From: Neophaeotheca triangularis
Lineage: Eukaryota
Length of the DNA stretch: 64,000 nucleotides
NCBI GenBank assembly: GCA_054600435.1
Contig: BAAIJX010000032.1
Span: 186,001-250,000, forward strand
Direction: 5' to 3'
The position numbers and the translations under genes were made by a program. How positions within the stretch are numbered: position 1 is the stretch's first letter; each line of letters starts with the position of its first letter. Under the pieces are notes generated by a model. The model worked only from the letters and a program-made list of their open reading frames with translations, ran no database searches and was not told the origin of the DNA. Shown here in pieces: positions 38,101 through 47,865 of this stretch.

Positions 38101-38251
38101 CGCTGACCTGTTGGCGGAGAGGGGAAGAGCATACTTATACAACACCTTCACAGACAGTGCTTCGAGCGACTCAGGCAGTGCGGGTAGCGACGAGAGAGAC
38201 TGGAATGGTGGTGTCCACGAGAATCTGAAGAACAGCACCTGGTACGTTTGA
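35195..38251 (+). CDS. Argonaute (QDE-2-like), 1018 aa, uninterrupted CDS
   Basis: RGG-rich N-terminus, LRTNY (N domain), LRGYYSSVRPTIGRLLVNLNV (L1), VFDYFKKHHGI..YLPAELC (PAZ), NIALKFNIKAGG (MID), and PIWI motifs GIDVTHP, YRDGVSEGQ, KRHHTRFF, QGTARPAHY, CPPAYYADLLAER. Confidence 0.96.
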   Translation: MSQQAPGRGGSRRDTPQSRGGRGGGDRGGRGAYGGDRGRGDRGGSGRGGGDRGGRGGFRGGDRGGGGRGGFQGQMPIRGGPPPARGGIYLQGQPIPAPDPAIIKEEDALVLATRDKTIDGFPGRRGYGKLGREIVLRTNYLRMTTAFEAGQPEGVLYMYTLDFPLLPGTQSEAAGGTKAQKKEMSKGKKRELVEKLLEHQIFTGKNLATDYANTIVSTEQLDLGAKSQFKVKVTPGHTRDDGDDSNIPDFVREARARNTKEVTIALKDSFSLRHIVEYLRMSSAGAEFTGRVDVINLLNIIMCKQPNADRRITAVGGNKFYPINGHPLMEDFNLGSGLLALRGYYSSVRPTIGRLLVNLNVTSGAFYKPMPLLDLLREAKLPNSDAEKFITFLKVNAKYTKDGQSEPFMTKDKNIVSFAKASQHFPRFGNARQVTFTYSDGTKERQVTVFDYFKKHHGITLQKPDVPVLNVGTPKDPQYLPAELCTVKAGQAYRRLLGPAQTDAMIQFAARPPNVNAMSITGDTNKAGVGLQVFECQRQPQPQQTFGFKVGNDMLTVPGRILPGPKVKYGQKELTPLKGSWNCAGQRFSVPGKFTKWQALVIKSDLSAVSDNPEPLMVELDQFLKKTGLSMGQRLKTHLVQAGPLATHNHSNVEAKLKAAFTEAKKQGVQMLFIILPEKHKWLYSRIKLYCDVIFGIHTVNTLASQLGKEKGRGMYFGNIALKFNIKAGGICHSQPNILAGLGKNTMLMGIDVTHPAPGSAKSAPSIACVVASVDEHVFNFPGSIRRQEGTVEMVKGLKEMVLERLDLWQAKHRQLPDKIVIYRDGVSEGQYDLVLKTELPRINEAFEVRYGAPSKWPKTSILIVGKRHHTRFFPTNEADADYDPAKGKGSWNPLPGTIVDRGIVGKILGEFYLQAHQGLQGTARPAHYVIIKDDIKLEADQWNQFTHHLCYMFNRATKAVSICPPAYYADLLAERGRAYLYNTFTDSASSDSGSAGSDERDWNGGVHENLKNSTWYV

Positions 38252-38873
38252 TTCGTCGACGTGCTTGGCTTTGATCCCTTTGGAGATGAGGCTATGAACA
38301 GCGCGAGTTTTGCGGGTAGCGTAGCTGGAAAGGTCGGTAGTTTTTTGGCTGGGTCTGCATGCATAGGCGAGGGAGGCTAAGGCTACGAGTTGCGGGTTTC
38401 TATCATACAGTCCTTACTTCACTCTCTTTCTAAAAATGTGGTGATGAGTCTCTGTCCACCATCTGATAGCTACCACTTCCTTTTCCCATGGCTAGACGTA
38501 AGCGAGGTCTGGTAATATCTTGACCGCTTGAAGCACCAGTAGTTGACGGGCGCTTCATGTGTCAACCCAAATGTATTGCATCGATTGCTACTGCCAGGAG
38601 GTTCATGGGAAAGGGCACCGTCAAGTCAGGACCAAGCAAGGCCCAAGAGGATGGAGGCCTGGAGATGAGGTGGCGAGGATCAGATAAGATAGGATAGTGC
38701 GTAGACCCTGCATATTAGCTCCACTCCACTCCCGTCACTAGCGCGCTTCCTGCGTGTTTATCGACTTGCACTTGGACTTACTTGCAAGCTGCTGCCTGAG
38801 CTGGCTTCTTCCTTCAATCTTCCTTGAAACTCCCCGTCACTGCGTCGACAGCAGGTGGCAGCGACTCGCCGCC

Positions 38874-41112
38874 ATGGACAGCTACGGTGGGTCGTCCGGG
38901 CCGGACACTGTTGACAACTCGGACTCTACTAACACTGCCGCCGCCAACGAAGACGACGATGACGACGATTTCTACGGCTTCAAGACCGAGCTCGACGAAC
39001 AGGATACCAAGGTAGCCGCGTCCAAAGCCACTGCAAAGGGAGTGAAGCAACAGGAGCAGACGACAACTCAATCTCCAGGCAACAGCTCGCCAGCCACAGG
39101 TAGTATGCGCAGCGGTGAGGCTTCAGCCCTACAGCAGAAGAAGGTCGACAATCAAACCAAGACGGCAGAACTCCGAGCGAAACTGTTGGCCAAGAAGAAC
39201 CAGCGAGTCGCTTCTCCCGCCGCCACGCAGGTCAACACTAGCTCAAGCATCCCTGCGACGCCTTTCAAAAACACTGGCTCACTCACGGCTCTGCCAATGG
39301 AATCAAAGCCAACCTCAGTTCCTCCTCAAGGCGCCCTTGCGGGCATGAGCAAGGTCGGCGACGTGGCGTTTACCAGCGATAACGTCGATCACCTCATAGC
39401 CGCCGCCCAAGCCGACGCAACTGCCAAGGCCAAAGCAAAGGCGACCAGCTCTGCTACCACCGCCGTATCCCAAGGTGATCAGCAGAACATGGTCCCACCG
39501 GCGACGAGCCCGCCTCGGAGTGCCCCTCGCCCTGTTACGTCCCAAGACCAGCTCGGAGAGCAGACTCTCGCGCCCAATTCAACTCATGCGCAGTCTCCCA
39601 AACAGCAGGTCAATGGCGCCACGACTATTTCTCTTCATGACCCCTACTTCGACGATCTTCCGCTTTGGCTGGAGCTCACGGGCTTCCACGATCTGGAATA
39701 CCGCTCATCCAAGCTGCGCGCTTCCAAGCAACGTAGACAAGAGATGGAGGATTTGGAGAAAGAGGCTGCCCGTATTGCCGACAAGTTGAAGACGTTGCGT
39801 GAGGCTGAGAACACGGACCTTGAGTCGATGCGCCATTCAATCGCCCCGAGCCCGGCTCAGGCGATGCCTCCTCCACGTCTTCCTTCCACAATGACGGTCA
39901 CGCACCCTATGAATACGTCAACGAATACCGGAACGAAGCGCTCCATCACCCCGGACGCCAATCGCCCGGCCAAAGTAAGCCGCATCGAAACACATGAATC
40001 CCTGGATAACCAAAGTGGATACCGCATCCGTGGAACGAACGACTCTGACCGACACAGCGACGTGGCCCATTTCGAACATTCGACGAGGAAGAGCACGTCT
40101 CCTTTCCGCCTGGACCGTACCGCGGCGTCGCCGGGCCGGAACCCTCGCCATACTTCTATCGGTGGACGCCAAACCCAAACTGAGAGAATCTACCCATCTC
40201 AGGAACCAGGTCCCCGCCAAGGAGCTTTGAACACTCGTGGCGCCCACCGCGGTGGTCGTCGCGAGACCTACAGCGGCAACATGCGAGAGGAGCAGTGGGG
40301 CCGGCAGATGCAAAGTTACGCTTCACTGCCAAGCTCAAGCACGTATCGGCCGCACGGTCAGTACAGAAACACCTTTTATTCATAAGGCGGCTAGCTAGTT
40401 TAGGACTCAGAGCTCTCAACAGCTCTGGGCGTAAATAAGCTTGCATGGCTCTGCGTTTTCCATTCAGTCGTTTGCATAGATGCTCGTGCCCAACGGGCTT
40501 CGCTTAGCATGTCTCGGGTTTCACATGCTAACGCTTCGAGCTGCAGGTATCCGTTATTTCATCATCAAGTCCTGGAATCAGGACAATGTACTTACCGCCC
40601 AACGCGACAGCCTCTGGGCAACACAGGAAAAGAACGAGGGGTTCTTGAGAGAAGCCTACGAAACGAGCAGCGCAGTGATCCTACTCTTCAGTGTGAACAA
40701 GAGCATGGCGTTCCAGGGCTATGTAAGTGATACTATAGTGCCGTTCCACTATGCACAAACCGCCCCTTCCATTCCCTGCGCCTCCTATACTTCCCATTCT
40801 ACGCCGACGGAACATCTTGACTAAACAAGCCTGCAGGCACAAATGACTTCGCCCCCTGATCCTTCTCTGCCAAAGCCAACTTTCTGCCGAAAACTGAACT
40901 GGAAAACTTCCCCGGCCTTTACTCTGCGTTGGTATGCTACCTACCCCGTCCATTTCCGCATGGTCGGTCACTTGAAAAACGAACTTAATCTGGATGAAAA
41001 TGGTCACCCAATGGCGGTCTTAATAGGCAAAGACGGACAAGAAGTCGCCGAAGACGCGGGCAGAGGCGTCTGCGAAATCTTGGACGACGCCGACCATGAC
41101 ATGGGGCGCTAG
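38874..41112 (+). CDS. YTH-domain RNA-binding protein (YTHDC-like), ~644 aa; exons 38874-40356, 40547-40722, 40837-41112
   Basis: Spliced C-terminus IRYFIIKSWNQDNV...LWATQEKNE...VILLFSVNKSMAFQGY|AQMTS...AFTLRW...HLKN...IGKDGQEV is a complete YTH domain. Long low-complexity/coiled-coil N-terminus. The link between exon 1 and the YTH exons is inferred from phase-compatible GT-AG sites. Confidence 0.88.
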
Positions 41113-41426
41113 TCTTGCCAACATGCTCAACTGAACCTACAAATACGAGCCCAGCAAAAGCCAGCCTTGGGGCAAACAGAACGGAGAAATGTCGCATGGT
41201 ACCTCGGTGGAGCCTACGGCAAATTGCTATTCGCTCAGCGCGAGCTATTCGAGAGATGTAAAATTGTATTGTAACTTCAATTCAAGATTGTGTACAAAGT
41301 CTATCAAGTTCCTTATGATGCCGCTTGAACGCTGATACAATCTCCTTCCGTTTCTCGCTGCAAATGCCCAGTCTCCCATTAAAGCGTAGACGTTCGTCGC
41401 GAATCCTGTTTCTTACAGCCGCGTCT

Positions 41427-44400
41427 CTAGCTTAGATCAAAACCGGCACCACTGCTGACAGCGTACAGCAGCTTTTCCCTCAGCACATCCTCATTCTTGT
41501 AGATTGGCAACTTCAACAAGTTCACGCACGTGCTAGTCGTCGGGAATCGGTTCTCGTCACCGCCGCTGTCTCTGATACTGAACCTCGGATTCAGATGGTT
41601 GAAACCCAGCAGCGGTCCCCTGGGCGTACTCGTCACGAACTTGAGCACTTTGCGGCGATCGGCGTCGGGAAAATCGCGCATGACTTTCCAAAACATCTGC
41701 ACGCAAGGGTGTTCGAGCCCATCGTCGCCGATACTGTACACACCGCCGTAGAGCGTATTGCGGCGCAGGTCGTTGATGTCGATTTCGGCTTGCGCGCCGC
41801 CTATCAGAGTCTGCAGCTCCGTCTGGTTGAACATGCTCAGCCAGGAAGGCTGCACGATAGAGGCGAGACCCTTGAGGAAAGCGTTGGTCTGGTGCTGCGA
41901 CTGACCTTGGAGCTTGTACCATGACATGCGGTTGATGTAGATGAGGCGATTTTCGTTGGTCACGGGGGTGTCGGCGCCGTAGGGAAGGAGGGGAGACTCT
42001 TTGAGAATCTTGTTTCCCGGCGGCCCTACCATGTCGTCGACGGTGAAGGTGAGGTCGAAGTTGGAGACATCATCAGTGGCATTCTTGAGGGTAAGCAGGC
42101 CCTTGTACAGACCCTCGTCAAGCTCTTTCAAGTCGTTGATGTTGGCACGGTATCCGCTCTCTCCCGTGGCCGAGTTGGAGCCGCCCGTCAAAGCCCATTT
42201 TTTCAGGAAGAAACCAGCAAAGGCGACATCGACTAGAATGCCTTCGTAGAGACATTTGCCTATGATGCGACCTAGGAATTCAAACTTCTGCAAAAGGTCT
42301 TTGATAAAGGGGCGTGGCTCGGAACCGCTTTCAAGCGGAAAGCCCAATTCTTGACGGTGTAATTTGGTAGTAGCATATATGTCGTCGACAACCGTTGGGT
42401 TCGGATAAAGCAGATGTCGCTCATTCTCGACAAAGAAGACGTTTTCGTTGCCTTCTTGATCAAAGGCTTGCTTGATGACGCTCGTGAGAAATTCTTTCGT
42501 GACACCACCGCCATCTATGCCAGGTTCAGGCAAGCCAAATTCGTCTTCGAAAGATATCTGTATTGGCTCTTTCAAGCCCGCGCCAAGGTCGTAGAATTGT
42601 TCAAACGCATCGGAAAACTCATTCTTCCGCCGGATCTTCGCATGGTGGCGTGCTAGGTCAAAGTGTCGATGCGGCTCGAACATGATGCTCTGACGCCACA
42701 GGTCTGGATCGACGTGGCCATTCCGCCGTTTCTCTTGGTCGAGATTGACAAACTGTCGGAAAATCTCGACCCTCGTCTCAAAAGGGATCATAAATGGCAT
42801 GTTTTGCAAGATTTCGAGCCGTGGGGCAACAGATTCAAGGTATCTCTTCTTGTGGGCCTTCCTCTGGGCGCGATCCCGCTGCTGCCTCGAGCGAAGTGCA
42901 CTAGCTCGTCCACGGGCATTTGCCGGAAGCATGGCGAAATCATCTTCCTCCTCCATATCCTCTCCTTCTTCCTCGTCCTCTATATCTTGCACTTGGTGTC
43001 GCCGCTCTTCTTCGGCGACAACGCTCGGGATGAACGCCGTCATGTCGAAACGATTCGTCATCAGCCAATGGTCTCTGGAAAGGAAGCCGCGTCTCGAATC
43101 ACGTTCGTAGATCGCACGTAAAAGTCCGGTTGTAAGTCCTTTCAGGTAGTCCATCGTCAGCCCGGGCAGACCAGCAAGCATGAGTGAGCGTGCTTCAGCT
43201 GAAGCCTCTTTATCGTCGTCGCCGTTGGTGAAGCCGAAATGACGGTTCAAGCTTAGACTGCCGGAGCTGGTTGCTTTTGTTGCATCTATGCCGTGAATAT
43301 CGGAAGAGTTGAAGTACATGGTGAAGCCCAGATTCTTCAGGAAAGTCACCAAATCCGCAACGTCGGGAATAGAGATTGTACTGTTTCGACGCGCCTCTGC
43401 AGTCCCCATGAATTCCTCATCATCCATGATCTTGATAATGAAAGTGAACAGCTCAAGGAACACGAGGATAACGGTCCAATCATCACGCTGCGCATTCGAA
43501 TTGACTGACTCCGTGAGAAGCTGAACGACAGCCCTGGAGTCTTTCCAGATCGTTGCAAAGGTGAGTGTGGACTTCATAGCGGCCCAGAAGTACTGTGTCG
43601 CTGGTGCACTAGGTGTCTGGTAAGTAGGACCAAGGTAAAGCCACATACGAATATCGTCGGCTCGACGTGGGAAGCAGCGCAACAATGTTAAAGCGTAGCC
43701 AGCCAGGTTCTGAGCGGTGCCCGCTGCAGCAGATGTCGAGTTTGGAGCGAGGAGATTGCGGATAGAGTCTTGGTCTATCAACGAATGCAGATATGAATGC
43801 AGGAACGTGTTTAGTGGAAAGCCTGTGGATACTTCTGCAAGCACCTCTCGGTCGAAGGTTTCGTTGTCGAGATCGATAGGATGGGCGTCGAAGTCTACAT
43901 CATCGGCAAGGTAGCCCAGAAGCTTCGAGACGATAGGTACCAGCATTCTAAGGTTGCCCTTGCGACCCAAACAAATTATGTTACCAAGAAGCCATAGCCG
44001 TTCTCGCGGTCTTTTCGGTGGCTCCACGTTGCAACTTTGCAACGCCGTTATCAGCTTGGACACATCCACGGCCTCGCTCAGGTATCCTAGCATAACGTCG
44101 TCCAACGGCCTTGATAGTAGAATCGCAAGCCCAGCGTAGGCAAGAACACTGGTCTGCAGCGGTGCCAGCAAGGCATTCTTGAGAGCATCTTTTGTGGCGT
44201 TTCGCAAGCTCATCAGCGTCTCGTAGTATCGCACCGCATCCTTCTCCTCGAAAGTTGCCCTACGTGCCGCAAAGGCCAAGACCTTCAGTGTGGCTCCAGC
44301 GTCTCGATTCGTCCTCGTTCTCAATGCCTCTACGCACGCTCTTGCAAGCTTCAAGTAAGCCTTCGGCCATGGACCCTCGCTGCACGGCAGCTTATCATTC

Positions 44401-44804
44401 GTCGCAACCTGCCGTCTCCCGTACCATTCAAGCCGTTCGATGTCTTTCTGATCCGAGCGTGGACTATAGAACAAAAGCAATCGATCGAGCGCCACCAACG
44501 ACTCGTCCGGCGTGGAATACGTTCCATCACCCGTTGCCGTTTGTTCCTCCTGTTCGTCCCATATCGCCCGCCACAAGTGGAACGTCCGTCGGCGACTGCT
44601 ATGACCCCTCCATGCCCGCTGTATGCGCGAAGACGCCTGAAGTCTCTCTCGCTGTTGTTGTCGCTTCTCTCGGTCCTGTTGCGCGGAAGCGATGGCGGAC
44701 TGAGGATTCCCGGCAGTGGACGTCGAAGCGAATGGATTGGACGAGCGGCCCGAGAGATTCACTTGCCTTGGTCGACGCCCTGAGCCGGAGAAGGTCTGGT
44801 ACAT
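41427..44804 (-). CDS. HUL5: HECT E3 ubiquitin ligase, Hul5/UBE3C-like with IQ motif (~1125 aa)
   Basis: IQRAWRG IQ motif, PFMIPFETRV, GIDGGGVTKEFL, LKFVTS, and terminal RFPTTSTCVNLLKLP...GAGFDLS with the catalytic Cys. Start chosen at MYQTFSG; in-frame ATGs exist 3-4 codons upstream. Confidence 0.9.
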   Translation of the reverse strand: MYQTFSGSGRRPRQVNLSGRSSNPFASTSTAGNPQSAIASAQQDREKRQQQRERLQASSRIQRAWRGHSSRRRTFHLWRAIWDEQEEQTATGDGTYSTPDESLVALDRLLLFYSPRSDQKDIERLEWYGRRQVATNDKLPCSEGPWPKAYLKLARACVEALRTRTNRDAGATLKVLAFAARRATFEEKDAVRYYETLMSLRNATKDALKNALLAPLQTSVLAYAGLAILLSRPLDDVMLGYLSEAVDVSKLITALQSCNVEPPKRPRERLWLLGNIICLGRKGNLRMLVPIVSKLLGYLADDVDFDAHPIDLDNETFDREVLAEVSTGFPLNTFLHSYLHSLIDQDSIRNLLAPNSTSAAAGTAQNLAGYALTLLRCFPRRADDIRMWLYLGPTYQTPSAPATQYFWAAMKSTLTFATIWKDSRAVVQLLTESVNSNAQRDDWTVILVFLELFTFIIKIMDDEEFMGTAEARRNSTISIPDVADLVTFLKNLGFTMYFNSSDIHGIDATKATSSGSLSLNRHFGFTNGDDDKEASAEARSLMLAGLPGLTMDYLKGLTTGLLRAIYERDSRRGFLSRDHWLMTNRFDMTAFIPSVVAEEERRHQVQDIEDEEEGEDMEEEDDFAMLPANARGRASALRSRQQRDRAQRKAHKKRYLESVAPRLEILQNMPFMIPFETRVEIFRQFVNLDQEKRRNGHVDPDLWRQSIMFEPHRHFDLARHHAKIRRKNEFSDAFEQFYDLGAGLKEPIQISFEDEFGLPEPGIDGGGVTKEFLTSVIKQAFDQEGNENVFFVENERHLLYPNPTVVDDIYATTKLHRQELGFPLESGSEPRPFIKDLLQKFEFLGRIIGKCLYEGILVDVAFAGFFLKKWALTGGSNSATGESGYRANINDLKELDEGLYKGLLTLKNATDDVSNFDLTFTVDDMVGPPGNKILKESPLLPYGADTPVTNENRLIYINRMSWYKLQGQSQHQTNAFLKGLASIVQPSWLSMFNQTELQTLIGGAQAEIDINDLRRNTLYGGVYSIGDDGLEHPCVQMFWKVMRDFPDADRRKVLKFVTSTPRGPLLGFNHLNPRFSIRDSGGDENRFPTTSTCVNLLKLPIYKNEDVLREKLLYAVSSGAGFDLS

Positions 44805-45198
44805 GCCAGCCATCATAAAGGGATTAGTACGGACTGGATAAGAGGAGGAATCATGTCCCGCTGTGTGAACGCTACAGGGTGTAGGCAGCAGTAATGTGAA
44901 GATTGGAGTACCTAGTGGCGTGGACTGTTCTGGTCGGGGCTGTCCACTCTCTCCCACTCACCTCTGACATAAGACGTCGGACGTTCCAATCCAAACGCCG
45001 ACATGTACCTGCCTCAGGCCAACACAGGACGGTTACACGATGTCAAAGCCTTGCTCGCCTCTTTCCACCTCCTTTCCAGCCAAACGTGAACTCTAGGTTC
45101 CCTAACAACTATCTCTGCCAGTCCGTCCCTTCCAGAACACTGTACAATGCAGGGTTTTGGCGGCTGTCAACATCCTAACACCGACGCCTCCACCATCG

Positions 45199-46689
45199 AT
45201 GCCCGATACGCTTGCCCCCAAGCCAAGTCGCCCAAGCGTGGAGCGACTCCTTTCGACTGAAAGCATGGATAGCGTAGACAGCACCGAGATGCGGCGCTTG
45301 ACGTCGAGAGATTCTACGGTCACTACACACAAGACCGCGCATTACCATTCCGAACCCAACGAGGACCCGGATCAGGAACTCAGACATACCGAGTATCCGC
45401 CTGAAGAGCCTGCCCCAGGGACCGAGTATCGTCTTTACAAGAGACGCTTTTTCGGCCTCTTTCAGCTTGTGCTATTGAACATAGTAGTCAGCTGGGACTG
45501 GCTGACCTTCTCTGCTGTTTCGACGACAGCCTCGGACTACTTTGATGTTACGCCTTCCGCCATCAATTGGCTTAGCACAGGGTTTCTTTTTGCTTTTGTG
45601 GTTGTTAGTCCCCTTGTCATCTGGACACTTCACCGAGGCGGCCCAAAAGCTTCCATCGTCGTTGCAAGTGGGCTTGTGCTTGTCGGCAACTGGATCCGTT
45701 ATGCAGGTGCACGCGCTACGGACGGCCATTTTGGGGTAGTCATGTTCGGGCAGATTCTCATCGGATTCGCGCAACCGTTCGTTCTTGCTGCGCCGACGAG
45801 ATATAGCAACCTGTGGTTCAGTGATACAGGCCGCGTCACAGCCACCGCCATTGCTTCCCTCGCAAACCCATTCGGCGGCGCCCTGGGGCAGCTAATAGGA
45901 CCGTTGTGGGCTACGGATACAGCTGGAATACCCGATATGGTACTCTATACCAGCATCATATCTACGATAGCTGCCCTACCAGCTTTCTTTATCCCTAAAG
46001 CACCACCAAGCCCTCCCTCGGCAGTCGCCGCGGAAGATAAACTCGACATACGCCAAGCCTTTAGGGTCTTACCCAAGAATATATCCTTCTACTTAGTTTT
46101 GGTGCCCTTTAGTGTCTACGTAGGATTCTTCAACGCCACATCTTCGCTCCTTAACCAAATTCTCGAACCTTACGGCTTTTCCGAGACTAATGCAGGGATT
46201 TCTGGTGGTATTCTGATCATAGTCGGCCTTATCGCTTCCGCAATAGTTTCGCCGATCATCGACCGCACGAAAGTCTATCTACTCACTATCAAGATATTGG
46301 TGCCACTGATAGCAATAGGGTACCTCATCTTGATCTGGACACCGCAGACACGCACGCTGGCTGCGCCTTTCGTCGTGTGTGCACTGCTTGGTGCGAGCTC
46401 TTTCTCCCTGTTGCCCTGCGTGCTTGAATATCTGGTCATCATCACGAACCCAGTCAGTCCGGAGATCACTTCGACTGTTGCTTGGAGCGGAGGCCAGCTT
46501 CTGGGCGGAGTGTTCATTGTCATCATGACAGCGTTGAAGGGTTCAGGAAAGAATGAGCCTGAGGGCTCCATGAAGCGAGCACTGATCTTCCAGGCGGCGC
46601 TGGCCTGGTTGGTCGTGCCGCTACCGATGTGCTTGGGAATGAAGCTTTTGGACAAGAGACGTTCCATTCGACTGGCTGAAGGCGTTTGA
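45199..46689 (+). CDS. MFS transporter (FLVCR/SLC49-like)
   Basis: About 12 hydrophobic segments, YRLYKRRFFGL, GQILIGFAQPF..AP..S..WF, IIDRTK loop. Start taken at the first in-frame ATG. Confidence 0.88.
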   Translation: MPDTLAPKPSRPSVERLLSTESMDSVDSTEMRRLTSRDSTVTTHKTAHYHSEPNEDPDQELRHTEYPPEEPAPGTEYRLYKRRFFGLFQLVLLNIVVSWDWLTFSAVSTTASDYFDVTPSAINWLSTGFLFAFVVVSPLVIWTLHRGGPKASIVVASGLVLVGNWIRYAGARATDGHFGVVMFGQILIGFAQPFVLAAPTRYSNLWFSDTGRVTATAIASLANPFGGALGQLIGPLWATDTAGIPDMVLYTSIISTIAALPAFFIPKAPPSPPSAVAAEDKLDIRQAFRVLPKNISFYLVLVPFSVYVGFFNATSSLLNQILEPYGFSETNAGISGGILIIVGLIASAIVSPIIDRTKVYLLTIKILVPLIAIGYLILIWTPQTRTLAAPFVVCALLGASSFSLLPCVLEYLVIITNPVSPEITSTVAWSGGQLLGGVFIVIMTALKGSGKNEPEGSMKRALIFQAALAWLVVPLPMCLGMKLLDKRRSIRLAEGV

Positions 46690-47865
46690 GAATCGAGGAA
46701 GCACCTGATACTGTTAATCGGCAGACCTTCCATGCGTCAGCACACTCTGGCAATGATTGCTGTGGACGCGCACCTTCGAATGCGTTCACAACTTCGCGCC
46801 AGCAAGTCTACTGTCTTCCCTTTGGCAATCCAATATGTTCCCTATACCCGTTGGGAGGGTCTATTATGGCCCGGCCAAACTCTGAAGTTGCCAGCGACGG
46901 TTACAACCAAGTTTATTATGTGTTCAACTACTTGAACTACACTACCATCACGGGCGATTGCGGTCGTTTGGCAGCATGAGACAGCACCTGTGCCAAGCTA
47001 GCAGCGGGATGTCCCTGAGGACTCGGGAAGTGTACAATTACCAGTGAAGGCTTACTGAGGGCGATCAGATGCAAGAGGCACCCGCGTGAGGCGGACATAA
47101 GACGAGTGCATATCAAGGAAATTGTGCATGGTGAAGGGAATGCGGCATGATGCAGAGGCAAATGCCACGATCCTGCACATCCCGTGACAGCATTTGGGAC
47201 GGTGGACGATGGGCAGCGAATAAGCATTTGCTGTCTGTTAGGGTTTGTCATAATGGGTGTATCCAATATCGTGGTGATCAAGCGCTACGATGATATATCT
47301 TGTGGGATCTATCATGTGAATCTAGTTATAACAACTTTGACAGAGTACCTACCTAACGTACAATGTACTTTTAATCTTTTAAGGCCATGTGCGCGTCGCG
47401 TGCAGCTCTGAGGTGAGGTCCGGCTGGGAGCTTAGTCAGGAACGCCAAGGCTATAAGGCATTCAGGCAGCACCATCCAGGCAGAGCTTCAACTTTTGCTG
47501 GGGCTGGCACCTAACTAGAGCTGGGCAGACAACGCGCTTCCTAAACTTCCATTACCCACAACCCCTACCCCTCTTCAACATCACCGACCAACGCGCTCTC
47601 TCCTTGCGCGCATTCTTCTTCACTTGCCATCTTACTGGAGACCATCGACCATTCCATTCCACCTTTGACAGCGTGTTGACTAAGCAGCCTTTTCGCGCGC
47701 ACGCGCTCTGGTCAGTGAAAGACCGGCCCGCTTCGACTTCACCCAACACACCTTGCGCTTGCTACAAAGCATCCACAAAGGCTCGCAGAAGAGACAAGGA
47801 ACCCCTACCGAAGGCGCACTCGCGCGTTCTCCGCCTTGCAGCAAGTCTAGTTTCCTATCGCAGCC

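Noticed and set aside
38441..38467. GTGATGA...CTGA resembling snoRNA C/D boxes after Argonaute
   Set aside because: The boxes are too close together for a C/D snoRNA.
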